DNA from: Acanthaster planci
Lineage: Eukaryota
Length of the DNA stretch: 64,000 nt
NCBI RefSeq assembly: GCF_001949145.1
Contig: NW_019091361.1
Location: forward strand, 3,497,854 to 3,561,853
Direction: 5' to 3'
The notes beneath the pieces were generated by a model. It saw nothing but the letters and a program-made list of their open reading frames with translations, ran no database searches and was not told the DNA's origin. Of the stretch, positions 24,634 through 38,200 are shown piece by piece; position 1 is the stretch's first letter, and every line of letters starts with the position of its first letter. The position numbers and the translations under genes were made by a program.

Positions 24634-27600
24634 TAAAGGCTCCTTTCCACAATGCGCTGCGTATACAAGGTGCGTTCATGCGTTTCGTTTTCACGGATAC
24701 GAAAATAAACTCCATTAACATACTGTCAACCGAACTCTTTGGCAGATTAAAATCCTCATCATTTCTGCTTTTTCAAAACAGAAATAATTTAATTGTTGAT
24801 TGGATAGTTTTGTCATATGAAACCTGAAGTCTAATTTAGTAGTAGCAAACATCCATCCACTTCTTTTGATTGTGAGAGTTTAATTAGGCCTAAGTGCTGC
24901 CAAAGTTACCCTGTGGTTTGGGGCAACTTTTGCAGGTTCCTGAAATTTAATAAAAACAATAAAAACGGATAATAGCGGATATATATGTTTTACATATGAA
25001 AAACCCTTCGGGCGAAGCTTCCAGGTGTATTTTATGATAACATTACTTCCATAGACTCATTTGAGAGAATCTCATATCATTCATGTAGCTCTTTGCGAAG
25101 ATATGACAACTACAAACAAGGGGGTGTGGCGTGTGCCAAAGTTACCTCAGGGTGCCAAAGTTGCCCTGGTTGACGTTAACACACGTGTGTGTTGTGTTCG
25201 GGCGTCAAAATCGCCGGGGAGCGATTTTGACGGATACGCAACACTTGGTGCAAGTGTTGACGCGCATAGGAAATGGCCCCTTAGCATGGCAATGTACAAG
25301 GAGTGGGTAGCACTTTGGACACCAATCTGTTCCATTGTTGATTTACCCTAACGTGGCGCGGCCCCTGACGTAGTGCACTTTCATTTTTCGCTTCTTTTGC
25401 CTTAACGGAGTAATATTTTAAGCTCTAATTTCAAAGTTTGTGAAATTTCATCAAACTCCTTGTAGGCCTATTCTGATTCATAAATCTGGATTTTACGTTC
25501 GGGCTACACAGTTTGGATACATTTTTATTTTGGCCCGATTTTCCGATTTTTTTCAGACGTGCAAAATGAACTCTTTTAAAAGGTGCCGCAAAATAGGACA
25601 AGAATTTTCGTACAAGCTTATGGATGGGTAGTTATCAACTTCAAATGATTTTGTAAATGATTATTTGTTTTTTTTCCAGAATTTGTCAAATAGGCCACGT
25701 TAGGGAACACTCAGCTGATTTCGACCAAACTTTCAGACGCCAACAGTTTCGGATTTCTAACTTAATTTCATGACGATTAAATTGTTAACAAGGGTAAAGA
25801 CCATGTAACATTAAGGTAATAGTTCCGGTTTTTAACCAGACGAGTTTCAAGTTTTTCAAGAAACACGCTCGGCAACGCTGTGTGAGGAAAGTTAGGTGAA
25901 CGTCGACGTATGTCTCGTTAAGGGTCTCTACTGAAGCCCACATACATGATGGTCGTTACTAGGCGAGTGGGACCTATTATTTTTGTTTTCCTAAAGAGGA
26001 GGATTAATGCAGGTATTGTATAAAAAAATAATAAATGTTTCACATTTGTGCAGTGGAAAGAATAATTTAATTCAGTGACAGCTAAAATGTTCGATTCCAT
26101 TCGGCTTCGTCTCGTGAAACTAGCATTTTGTCTGTCACCTCATGGATTGATTCTTAAAGTTACACTCATAAACATTCTTGAACTATGGTTTTACGGTCAA
26201 CTTCAAAGAGACGGTGATATAAGGTGATAAATTTTGAATTTTTAATGACCAACCTAAGGCAATAATCCACACTAAACCTCAAAGAATCAGACATTTTTAC
26301 TGTTTCAGCATATTTCATGTTTTATTGTGTAACTTTAGTCCAGCATGAGTGTACAGTCAACTCGAAAGTCAACAGCGTGAGGCAAATTTACCTAAGAAGC
26401 CGTCATCTTTTTAATCTAAGGTTTATAAGCAAATCTTGAAAAACTATTCTAACGATGTCGCAAGGCATTTCTGCTCGCTAATCTTGTCACGGTATACATT
26501 TCTTCATTTACGTGCCAATCTGTCATCATGGGAATAATTACTTCGTCAAATTTTCTCCAATGCTTTAAGATAAACATTCTTTTCTTCCATTCAATTTACA
26601 TTAATTAAATTAGCCTTGCATCGTTTACAAGTGCGGTTGCTTGGTACCACACAACATTTGCTGCGACTTCCTCGTCCCCAAAAAACTGTTAACACAGAGG
26701 GCGCTAATCATCTCAAAGCTGTTCTCTTGTCTTCATGTTTATAATGAATAATAAAACTCGAGTTGTTAAACCCTGTGCTTATTTTTCACCTTGCATCACA
26801 GTTAATTTTTGTAGTTCATGAATTAAACACAATCATAACATAGCAGGGCATACGTGTAAAAAATAAAAATTCATAAACATTTCTTTTCCAAAAATACTTT
26901 TAGGTCCTACAACAGCAGTAACCACGTAAAATAAACAATTTACCAAAACACTTCTATACTTGTAATGGCAACTTTTTGATGTGTGTCTATTCCAGTATAG
27001 ACGGACTTATTGACAGTAAATTTACAAATTTAATCAGGGTGGGGAGAGTTGCAAGAAATACTTCCAAACCCTTTGTCGATTCCAGAAAACCTAACATTAT
27101 GTACTTGGACCTCTAGCAATTAATGCTGTTGCATATTTACACACATAAATACAAAATGTTAAAGGTCGCATTAAGCTGGCAGAATAAATATATCTGTACA
27201 GAAACCACTCTTAATGACGAAATATTGAACTAACTAACCAGTAGCTCTAAGTTGATTCGGCTAAGCATAAATATACAGCGAGAATATTGTTTTTCTTTTA
27301 ATTAAAAACCAGTGAAAGAAGTTAATGTCGCAAAGGATTAGAATGATACCTATAGGCAAAATGATGTGCATGTTAAATTGAAAAGGTGTTCATTATTGAG
27401 TGAAATCCAAAACATTTGTTTTTGGTCCTTTGTAAATTTATTAATATTTAGTTATTTTCTGTTAACGGGTAGAACACCTCTTTCACAAAATCAAGCGATA
27501 AAGAAAAGAATCAATACTATAAATATACAAAATTTCAGTCTTATTTGATTGAAAACCAAACAGCATCAATGGGACAAGATGGCAGTCTTCTTTATTGTCT

Positions 27601-27674
27601 TGAAAGATTCAAATTAAATACATCTGTGGTTTTGCTCCAAGAGAGCAAAACAGGCACTGACTACATTAACCATA

Positions 27675-28035
27675 ATATGTGACCTGTCACCACAAAATGA
27701 GCTGAAAGTCAGAATTGTCGAAATTGAGATATTGGTATTTTTGACTTCAGCTGAAAAAGAGCTTTCTAGTGGTATAAACAGTAAGGTGACAATGTGACAT
27801 TTTTCTGGCAGCTTTGCGTCTTTGTTTCTGACACTGATTCAAAATTTCTGACCAGGCATGAATAACGCTATTGTCAAACTTGGTTAGAAAATGACATTTT
27901 TAAGTATCCGATTGTGCTAACAATTTGGAATTAAATAGAAGGGTTCTCTTTCCAAATATTTTTGGCTTTGAACTGCCACAATAAGAAATAGCAGAGATTG
28001 GCTTTATGCTCATTTTGTAGAGATGGGTTACATAT
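27675..28035. mobile_element. MITE (about 360 bp) with about 35-bp imperfect TIRs
   Basis: ATATGTGACCTGTCACCACAAAATGAGC ... GCTCATTTTGTAGAGATGGGTTACATAT. Confidence 0.65.
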
Positions 28036-29110
28036 AACGGTGAAGTTTTACACACTGTTGAATTTGTATGGCACATACAATATTAACACAAAGTTGGAAC
28101 CTAACACAAAAGCTGACCTTGGAGTAATTGAAATAAGTCTACTGTCAGGAATGGCCAACTTTCTCAACATATTTATATCTTATCAAATTGATGGATCAAA
28201 GGACAAACCAAGCTTGATTGTATCTGTATGTGGATTACAATGATAGGATTCAAAGACACCAGATTTTCTACAAAAAAAGGACATACATGTAATTAGAATT
28301 GATCGTTAAATCCTACTGCAAAATGAAGATTCTTTGAGGTTTGCCCACTCAGATTGAAAAAAACAAACAAGAACAAACAACCTTCCACCAAATCCACAGA
28401 CATTAACTTGGTTAATGCGGACAGCGTACAGGAACTGCATGAATTTTATTACTTGCTAGCAGTCTATAATTTATTAAACATATACAGCACATTTAACAAA
28501 GAATACATATTAAAAAACTGAACGATGAAACAATGAATCTTCTCAGAGTACTGCATACAAATATTCACCTTCTTCTCAACTGAGCCCATTTCAGAGGTCG
28601 CCTATTCAGATTCTTGGAAGTAGTGAACTACCTTGTAGTGACTACTGTGAATTTCATTTGGCAGATCTAAACGTGAATATGTTGAAAACAATCTGACTTC
28701 CTCACCAAAAAACACAAAACAAAACAAAACTGACAGCATCTCTCACGCCACGCACAATCTTAAAGGGCGAAATTACTAATGAAAATTACCGAAATTCTGG
28801 AAATGTTAAGCCTTTTTAAGCAGATGTCCAATTACGCCTTGCCAGCCATGCAGAAAGTCAACAGGAGTTTTGGTAAATTTCAAAGTTGAAATAAATCACA
28901 GGCCAAAAAAAATTGCCTTGCTTGAAAATTCGAAAAGCGCAATCCGTTACTCCATGCTTGACTACAAGAACTGCACACATTTGCCCAGTCTTCAAAAGAT
29001 GTTCTTGAATGAAAAGGAACATTTTGTTCCTGCAGCATTTGGTGCACTGGCATAGCCAGACCAATATTATGGACCACTGGACACATTTGTGGTGTCTATC
29101 AAAGATGTTC

Positions 29111-29211
29111 CTACGAGCAGGTCTTACAGCAGGATAACTGATAGGCACTTAGATGACACTTGTTCATCCTCTTAACGAGACTGCAGAAGGCAATGCTGTC
29201 CTCACAAGTAT
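29111..29211 (-). CDS. ADAMTSL1/3: ADAMTSL terminal coding exon: PLAC domain
   Basis: tgacag|; TCEDSIAFCSLVKRMNKCHLSAYQLSCCKTCS-stop (PLAC signature C.D...C...C...CC.TC). Minus-strand AATAAA sites follow near 28470 and 28446. Confidence 0.93.
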
Positions 29212-32200
29212 CTGTCAGAACCAAGAAACAGAGAGAGTGACAAATGCTGCAGTGCTGAGTCAAATCCATCACAAGTCCATGCTGGTCTGTCATGAGTCAT
29301 CTAGTCTTAAGGCCAAGTCACAACCATTTCAAATGACTTGACAAAAAGCATTTGTTTGTCACTGCTCACTATGTTACTTACATGTATGTGTGGTCTTGTG
29401 AAGGGATTTGTGACTGGACTAAGGGTGGGACGTTTAAATGGAACCGCCCCTTTTAGAGGTTTGATGTGTTGAACAATCTGACGTCCATTTTTTATTGTCA
29501 ACGATGCCTGTAAAATGGAATCTGATTTTCAGACCACTTTACTGCTCGGTCATATCAAAGGAAACCATGAATTCATTAGCGGAACTTTGTGTCAACCATT
29601 TATTTTCAATAAGGGTGGGGCGTTTACACGCTTGAACGTTTAAAACGCTATTAGTTTTCAAAATGTTTTTTCAAATTATTCCCACCCTTAGACTGGACTC
29701 CTTGAAGGAGTTCTTGTGGACTCAACTGTAACACTGGAATGCAGTCTACTAGTTGCAGGATTTCTGCCACACCCAAATGTCCTTGCTGACCTGTGAAATA
29801 TGGTAACCACCGGTGTAGAGCTTTCTGCTGTGGTTCGTGAAAAAGGTTTGCTTTGTGGTACAAGAAACCATGAAACTGGGTGAAACAACCGCAGCTCCTG
29901 AAACCAGTACTGATTGCTTTGCAGTGTGACAATTCAACATCATTCACACACGGTCTGACTGGGCCCAGCTCTGGACTGCTCTTTGTCAAGAACAGCATTT
30001 CGTCCTACGTCAGTAGTCACACTGGCATTGATGCGCTGAGTAAGACTGTGTCTAAATGTTACGGCAGCAGCTGGAAATTACATGTGCACCTATGCCATCC
30101 ACTGGCCGTAGCCACTGCAGCCACTTCTTATAGACTTGTGTGATACTCTCACCTGCTGCTAAGTGATTCGGACATGGCATACGGCAGGTTCATGCTAGAT
30201 CAAGTATTCACGCTGCAAATTTGCAAAAAGTTGAACACCTTTCACCTTCAGCAGATTTCACTGCAAACATTTGGCGATGTTTGCTTTCCACATTTGCCTA
30301 AAGTGTGAACCGGCCTTGAAGCTTTCCAGGCACTGTTCATCTGCCGTGGGCAGAAGTACCCTTCCTCGGTCAAAAAGAACCGTATTTGTGGGCAGAGTTT
30401 GTTTTGTTGGTAGTGACACAACCACTACGCATGTATCCCACAGTAGTTCATGAACCAACGAAGTGCATTTCGTACCAAGGGAGCCTCAATTACTAGGAAA
30501 ATTGCGCCCTCTCTTGGTCCCGCTCAGGGCCCATTGCCTATTACCTTTTGGGCATTCTGGTAGATTGTGGCATCTCTGTGTGATGGCAGGCTGTTTAATA
30601 CTGACGCAGGCCATAGTGTTTGCCGCCTCTCCCGTCCCAGAGTACGTACACTGAAGTGTTCTTGTCTGTATGCCTTGTGAGCCGCAGGTTGCTGAACACT
30701 GGTGTGGCATTGTCGAAAATACAAAACCAATAAGATGGCATTCAGGAAACTAGTGAAGAGACACTTCTATGGCATTAAAACTACTTAGTGTCTCTCAATA
30801 TTTACATATGAAAATATTCAGCCGTATTGGTTTCTGNNNNNNNNNNNNNNNNNNNNNNNNNNNNNNNNNNNNNNNNNNNNNNNNNNNNNNNNNNNNNNNN
30901 NNNNNNNNNNNNNNNNNNNNNNNNNNNNNGCTTACTCGGGTGGGACTCAAACCCACGACCTCGAGTGGTTAAGACGTCTGCACTAGTAAGCAGGAGGTCG
31001 TGGGTTCGAGTCCGAGTAAGCTTATGACTTTTTTTTTGCAAGCTCTTGAACAAGCACTGAGCATACAGTGTTTATTAATATATACGTTGGGTAAGGGCAA
31101 AACCTGTTATATAAATTGGTTTCTGTTGTTATTTAGTTTGAGTCCACTACTTTTTTCAAATAACATATGGTATTTATTATGCAGAGATCAAATGAACCGT
31201 AAACCAGTTCATGGTCCATACACAAAATAAGCACAAACATGAGTTTCTAACATCCCAGCAAACAATTCCCACTGCAAACTTGCAGCAGTTGAATTCATTT
31301 CAACTTTGACCGTGGACGAGTTTGACCTCTTATGACGTGGCATTTACCATCTGACAGATTATGAACCAGCCTTGAGTAGTAAAGATTAATGGCTGAAATT
31401 CCTGTCACACCATCAAAAAATGGTCAAGTCGGGGGCCGAGTTATTTTAACAGACTACTACACAGCTGGTTGCTGGAAGGCCTGAACTGTGACTTTGACTG
31501 ATCACTGCTGTGGAAAGAGACAATAAACGGTGTGCTTCCTGCACAACTTCCATGTGCATGGAAATTCAAGCAGTAGATCATGTGTGGAAGTTCACATTGT
31601 TGCTTCTGGTCTACGCTGGATGCTCTGTAGATATTCCACCATTGCTATGCTTCTTACAATGCGTCATCTCAAGTCAACCTAGTTCCTACTGTTTTCCAAG
31701 GCTGAGAAGTTTAAACTGTGGCTAAGAATAACAAAATCAGTGAAAGTAAAGTGCCCAGCGTCAAATGCCACATCTGTACATGGTTCTCAATGTCAACCCT
31801 TGGAACAAAACGCGCCAAGTCGAAGCCTGTTTTGACAGTCGTAACATTGGATGAAACTTCACAGGCTTTGAAAGCAAATCACCGCAAGTAGATATAAAAA
31901 AAAAGTACTCACAGAGCTCCACTCCGAGGTCCGCCACACAGGACTGCACTGGATGTGCTGGCAAGGTTGCCGAGTTAAAGGTCTCATGGCATTGTCACAC
32001 AGACTGTCTGGTATTAGCTCGCGTTGGCTGCCCTCACAGTAAACCTCTCGGAACTGACTCCCAACAAATGCTTCGGTACATTGGGCAGAACACTAATAGA
32101 TGGAAATAGAATCTTACCTGACATGTCACATCCAACAACACAGCGCATCATATACAGCCATATTCCCCAACAGTGGCCTCATATGAACAATGCATGTATA

Positions 32201-35200
32201 CTGCTTGTCTCTTAATGCCACCTCATGTTTTGCATTACTTGGAGGTGCTACTTAGAGTGACATTAATGACGACAGGCCATGTGCAGCAGTTAAGTTCAAG
32301 TTCAAATCAAGGTCTACTTTGACGGATTTCCCAGATACCGTATGCAGGTACATACGAACAAGACAAATGGAGAGATGTATAAACATGTCCATCTGGGGAG
32401 ACTCAGGTAATGCTCAATAGTTTAACTTGTCAGCTGCCCTGTCAGATTGCTTATTCTTTTGTATCATGGGGGTTGCACTTCACCAAGGACAGATCCTGGG
32501 AGGACGCAACAGGGCCATCCATCACCCCCTTTTCCAAACAAAACTGAATAGTGAAGGAATGGTCATTTCTTTGGTCTTTGTCACTTTCCTCCCTTCCAAA
32601 GGCATCTAAAAAACCCACGAGACGTAGTCTCATCCCTGAGAAGGCTAAAGACCACAAACGATGACAAGAAAATATTTCAACATTTTTGGCCCCCTCCCCT
32701 TTGAAATTTGGTTCAGATCTCCGGGTCCATGCGCTTACACGTACCTTTTGCCAAGACCCTGTAGCCCAGTGGGGCTCACAGCTGTGAGTGTTGCACTCCC
32801 TGGTCATCTCCGGTGAGCCCAGTCCCTGCACCCGGCACGCCCGACCCAAGTCGGGCCTGGAGCGGCCCAGTATTGAGGTGTGCTGGCACACCACGGACCG
32901 CGTCTGGCTGCCCCCTCCACAACTGGCCGAACATGCGGTCCAGTTGCTGATGATCCACCTAGAGAAATAAAAAATCATAACAATGCACAGTTGAGCCCTT
33001 TGGATGCAGAGATCTTCCTCTGTTGAGACATACAGCCTCATAAAAGCATACAACAGGAACATACGAATACTTGCCAAAATACTTGCACTTAAGTCTGAAT
33101 CCTTCAAAGTTCCGAGTTCTCAGAGCAATACTATTCTTGTTCTTAAGGGTTAATTTCTACCACACCACATTACATTGGAAAAACTGGAAAAAGGCTCTGA
33201 CCAGAACAATGATGGAGCGCAGTTATGATCCCGCAAGTTCTCCGACCAATATTGTTTTTGTTCCGTACCACTTTATATTTTAATATTCTTGCTGGACTTG
33301 GGAATGGCTCAATTAGAACTCTGATCAAGTGCAGTTGTGATACAAATTCAGCTTACCTGGGTCCAAAAAGCGATGGTCCAGTTCTAAGCTCCTCCAAATC
33401 TGTTCACATAAAGAACATAACGGTTTTAAAGGCACTGTTTGAAATGTTTACGGGTTTTAAGAGCAGTAGCCTGATCACAAAACCTATACGTCATCGTAAT
33501 ATAGTCGTAAAAACAGAAACAGATCACTATTAGTTGTGAACACTTTAGTGCCATCACATGTGCAAGTTGAGGTGTTATTTTCTGTCACAAGGACGGTTTA
33601 ATGCACATCCAATGGAGCAGCAGTCAAGTGCACTTTGTGTCGTACAAATGTGTAAGTTACATTGAATGTACAGTTCATATTGGTGTGATGAGGTCAGCGC
33701 ATTCATGCACCAGCCACCTGTAGCCACAGTTATCCTGCCCGTCTTCCTTGAAACAAACCACTCCTAATCAAATTTCCTGGGTTGGCAAAAATCAGCTTGA
33801 CACCAGTTGCATGTACTGTACATCTAATAGTATTTTAGCCAGTAGCTCATTTCTGCTTAGCTGATGTCTCTCGGTCTTGGTACAGGTACATGTTCACGCC
33901 GGGCTGCTCTTCACTGTTGTAACTGGGGTACATGTTGCAATGGGACGCTTGGGGGCACCTCATTTTCTGGAGGTGGGGACTTATTGGTTTGCTCACGGTT
34001 AAAATACTGACCAAGGTGCACTATCACTAGATTGTTTTCCATCTCTAATGTCTGTTGGGGAGGGGCACAGGCCTCGAGTGAGGGGGTGGATACCCCCTTT
34101 TTATACTACTGCTGCTCTTTGAAATCTGCCCCTATGCTGTAGTCCCTTGACCCAGTATTCAAATTCCGTACCTCTGATGTGTAATGTAAACCTCTCCTTG
34201 GCTGTTCCAGCAATGCAGCTGTACACCCCCTGGTCGGCCTCCTTGACTCGTCGTATCCGCAGCGTTCCTTCTGGCAGGACCTTTGCCCTGGCGTTGCCGG
34301 TCGTGATCTCCTGTGGCCCCCGCTGCCACCTGAGCTTGGACTTCTTGAAGTGCTTGACTGGACACTTGACCGTGACGGTCACCCCTCTGTTGACGTGGGC
34401 CGTCATGCCCACGGTGAGGCGGAGCTTGCTCCTGAAGCCCACCTGGTGGTAGGTGGTGTGGTTAGCCAGGATTCTCGGCTCTGGAGCACCCAAAAAAAAA
34501 AGGGAGATGTGCAATTGGCATTTATTAACCAGGCAGTTATCTTATGTAAAATTCCGTAATATACAAATAAAAAAAAAGTTGTGCCATGACACATTTTTAC
34601 AAGTATATTGGTCCAGTGCGACCGGTCTACTGTTGTTATATGTCATGTTTGATTGAATGTGCACATGCTCAAATGACACAATAAATAGTGGAGTTGTCAC
34701 TTTGGACCAGTATTGTTGCTGCCACCAAGCATCTCAAAAGCCTCCAATTGACAAAACCAGGAAAAAAAATGCCAGAGATTTGGGAAAAAGGGAGGGGACG
34801 CAAAGACTGCTGAAAACATCAACAATTTGCTGACAACGCAATGAATGGGAAGGAGTCACACCCATTGTTGCTCAGATCTCGTTCAAAGAATGAGAACCAA
34901 GGCTGTGTATTCAAGAATGATGGTGCCAGAATTGTGTGTTGCAAAGAAACCTAGTGTGCCCCTTCCACTTTCAGAAGTGGCCGGGGGTCCTACCTGTGCA
35001 GGGGCTTAGCTGGCAGAATTCTCTATGTGCCGGCTGATTGGACCTCGGGCAGAACCTGAAATCCGCCAGGGCAGTCGTTCCGTCGGGGTCTCGTCTAATG
35101 CACGTTATGGGCCTCACCTTGATACCAACACCACATGTGACTGAGCACTTGAATGGAAAAAAAACAATACTGGACATTTTCAGACTTGTTACAGGCATTT

Positions 35201-38200
35201 TAACATGAAAAGGTTCTGCTGGGTGGTTTTGTGGGACTTTGTTGGTTGCTTAGTAGCATCTCTGTTTCAGAAACAATGAAACTGCTAAAACAGTTCAGGT
35301 AGGTATTTTTAAGTGGTGTCATACGTTTTCTTATTTACAGTGCACAGAAAACTGAAGTGCAACTCAGCAAGAAATCAAGTCAGCCTGTGGCCGAAAAGTA
35401 TCAAAAACCAACCTTTTTATAATCTAAGGAGTGGGACTAGTGGCTAGGCTATTGTCAGATATCCAGATAGCCCTGTGAAGCCACTGTTTCGAAGTCTGCA
35501 TTTAAGTAAGTCAGCCAAACTCTACAATAGTCATAGTTACCAGTGTAACTGGTTGTAAGATATAAACTACTCATAACAGACCTCTGACCATTCCTGTGGT
35601 CTCCACTCGTGCACAGGTTCACATGGTCCCATGTTGCAAGAGTCCGTGCTCAGTGGTGCCGTCAGTGGACACTGGTGCCAGTCTACTATGGACTCCACTC
35701 CGGTCTTCAGCCTTTTCTTGCAGGTGACACGTCGTGATCTGATGCCACCGTTGCAAGACTTGGAGCACTGATTCCAAAACGAAATCAGACAGAAACCAAC
35801 GTGAAACTGACTTAAATTCTAATTTGGGCGATGACATCCCATTGTTTGCAACATCCTTCAGTCTAAAACAGAAGAATCTAGTTGACACTTGGCCACTTCC
35901 CTTCTGACTTCCGACCCAGGCGTGAATCCAACCCAATCCAATACGTTCAGTGGTTTTCAAGTCCCCAACCTGGATCTGTAGATATTACCCAGAATGCCAA
36001 CACACAAACTGGAACATTTCTTCACATCTCCTCTCCGTGGGATTCTTCAGACACATAAAAAAAATTTGATAGCAAGTTCCTTTTGTAAATAAGGGATTGT
36101 CTCAAGCATAGGAACCTTCCTAATCCCATTGTAATGCTTCTTTTATGGAACACAATCTTCCTGGTGAAATTGGTATTTAGGAAGATGCTGTTCATGAGTT
36201 AGCATGCACACATAGACCTATTCAAAAACAAGCCTTACTCTAAAAAGGAACAGTGGATGTTTCAGATTGCAACAAACATTGATCTTCTGCAGACACTCTG
36301 AGACATTCCTACTTTTGAATAGCTCCCATGAGGAGACCAATTCCACAAAGCAACATTCTTTGGTGCAACACTCGACGCTCAGGTGCTTGCTTATGCCTAT
36401 TCGTCTGGCAAAGAGTATGCACAAACACAGCAAGTATGCCTGCATGGGGACCAGGCACACAAGTATGCCTGCATGGGGACCGGGCACACAAGTACGTCTG
36501 CATGGGGACCGGGCACACAAGTATGTCTGCATGGGGACCGGGCACACAAGTATGCCTGCATGGGGACCGGGCACGCAAGTATGTCTGCATGGGGACCGGG
36601 CACACAAGTACGTCTGCATGGGGACCGGGCACACAAGTATGTCTGCGTGGGGACCGGGCACACTGTGCCAGTGGCATTCAACAGTAGCCTCGGCCTGTTT
36701 GACCCAAGTGAGAAACAGAAAACCCAACTGACGATTGCCTCACCTCCGACCAAGTTCCTGTTTGCCAGTACGCAGGACAGTCCACCTGCCCACAGGGTAC
36801 TGGACCACTAGGCAGGGGCAGATGGTCACAGTCAGAGTCTGGCAGAACCACTGTGTTGCCCACTCCCATGGCCATGGTCTGCATGCAGAGGACTTCAAGA
36901 GGGTACTGGCTACCACCTCCGCAGGATACCGAGCACTCCTTGTACAAGGGCACTTCCCATCTATTGGATGAAGTTAAGTAAATTTTTTGAAAGGTAAATG
37001 AAAGGTGAGCAAAATCTGCACGTGCAAGTTAGTGTTTAGGAGAACAGGCAATTTTCACTGGCCTATGTTACATAGCAATGGGCATTTGCCATCGTGGCAG
37101 GCAAAAACCGTCTACACAGAGAAAAATGCCAACGCACCATCCAGAACCAGATGGGAATGATAATGACAACCATGCATGGCAAAGGAGGTGACCATCACAC
37201 CATTTGATAAAAAATGGATCGCATATATGTATTTTAGGTGAAAATGAACCACGCCATCAAATTCATAATGTACAACATACGGTTGCTAATCAAACGATTG
37301 CCCAACGGCAATGGTAGCCTGCTCTTGAGAAAAACGGTGCGGTCACATGGTACTTTGACGTCTTTTGATTGGACCCTAATGGGTTGGGGTAGCAAACTTA
37401 CGCTGGTGGACAAGGCTGGTCGTTGCAGACCCGGGTGAATATATCTGGCCTGGAGGTGATGTCGCACAGTGTGTCACTGACAGGTGTCTCCCCATCAATG
37501 TGCATGCACTGTATCAACGACTCCTGCACGCCTGTCCAAGACAGGCATTGAAGAATGACGGAGGGAGGGAGGGAGGAGAAACAAATCAGGAATGAGTGGG
37601 ATCATACTCGAACAGGTGCCGAACGAAGTCAGAAAATAGTTGCCCAAACCAACAATTTCAGACCACTGATGCTCATCTTAAACGCGACTGGCAAAAATAG
37701 CATCCTGCCAATGCTCTACTCAGTAGAAAGCGCTGGTATTAAAAACAGCCCCAAATCTGTATTCCCCCAACGCAGTGCTCAATGCCTTGAAAATCAGCCT
37801 CAACCTGTACACTGTTGAAAGTAGGTTGAATATTAAACATGCATCAATCTGATGAAATACTATTCAGACTCTTGCTAATCCTCTTCTGCAATACTGTCAT
37901 CTTTTCACAGCAAACTGCAACTTCGCTATGGTGTAACATTACTTAATTGGTAATGTTAAGCCCCTAGTCTAGATCACTGGCAAATCTGTGGGAGATGCAA
38001 AGAGAAGGTATGGTGGCCAATATTTGTTGTTGGTATTTTGTTTAGAATTAAAAGCTACCCTTTGCTCATGGACCAACCTAAGCATGAGAGCACTGTACAC
38101 TCACGAAGCACCTGCAGCCCAACCCAAAGTAATGACCGTGGCATTGTAGCAGATATTGATTAGAAATTATGACTGGTCAATAATTTTGCATAGTAGCTGA

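Noticed and set aside
26692..26706. CTCF-like motif (CACAGAGGGCGCT) between the two minus-strand genes
   Set aside because: A partial match at a single site, not distinguishable from chance without ChIP data.
30961..31020. Functional tRNA-Thr gene
   Set aside because: There is no acceptor stem, the anticodon loop has an extra base and the T-arm 3' side is truncated. It fits a SINE head or pseudogene.
36431..36662. 29-bp repeats of CRISPR-like length
   Set aside because: The units are directly adjacent with no unique spacers, there are no cas genes, and the context is a eukaryotic intron.
36218..36811. Six overlapping 118-169 aa ORFs with periodic Cys/His/Pro patterns
   Set aside because: They are produced by the stop-free 29-bp minisatellite. 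The unit is not a multiple of 3, and the flanking ADAMTSL exons join without it.
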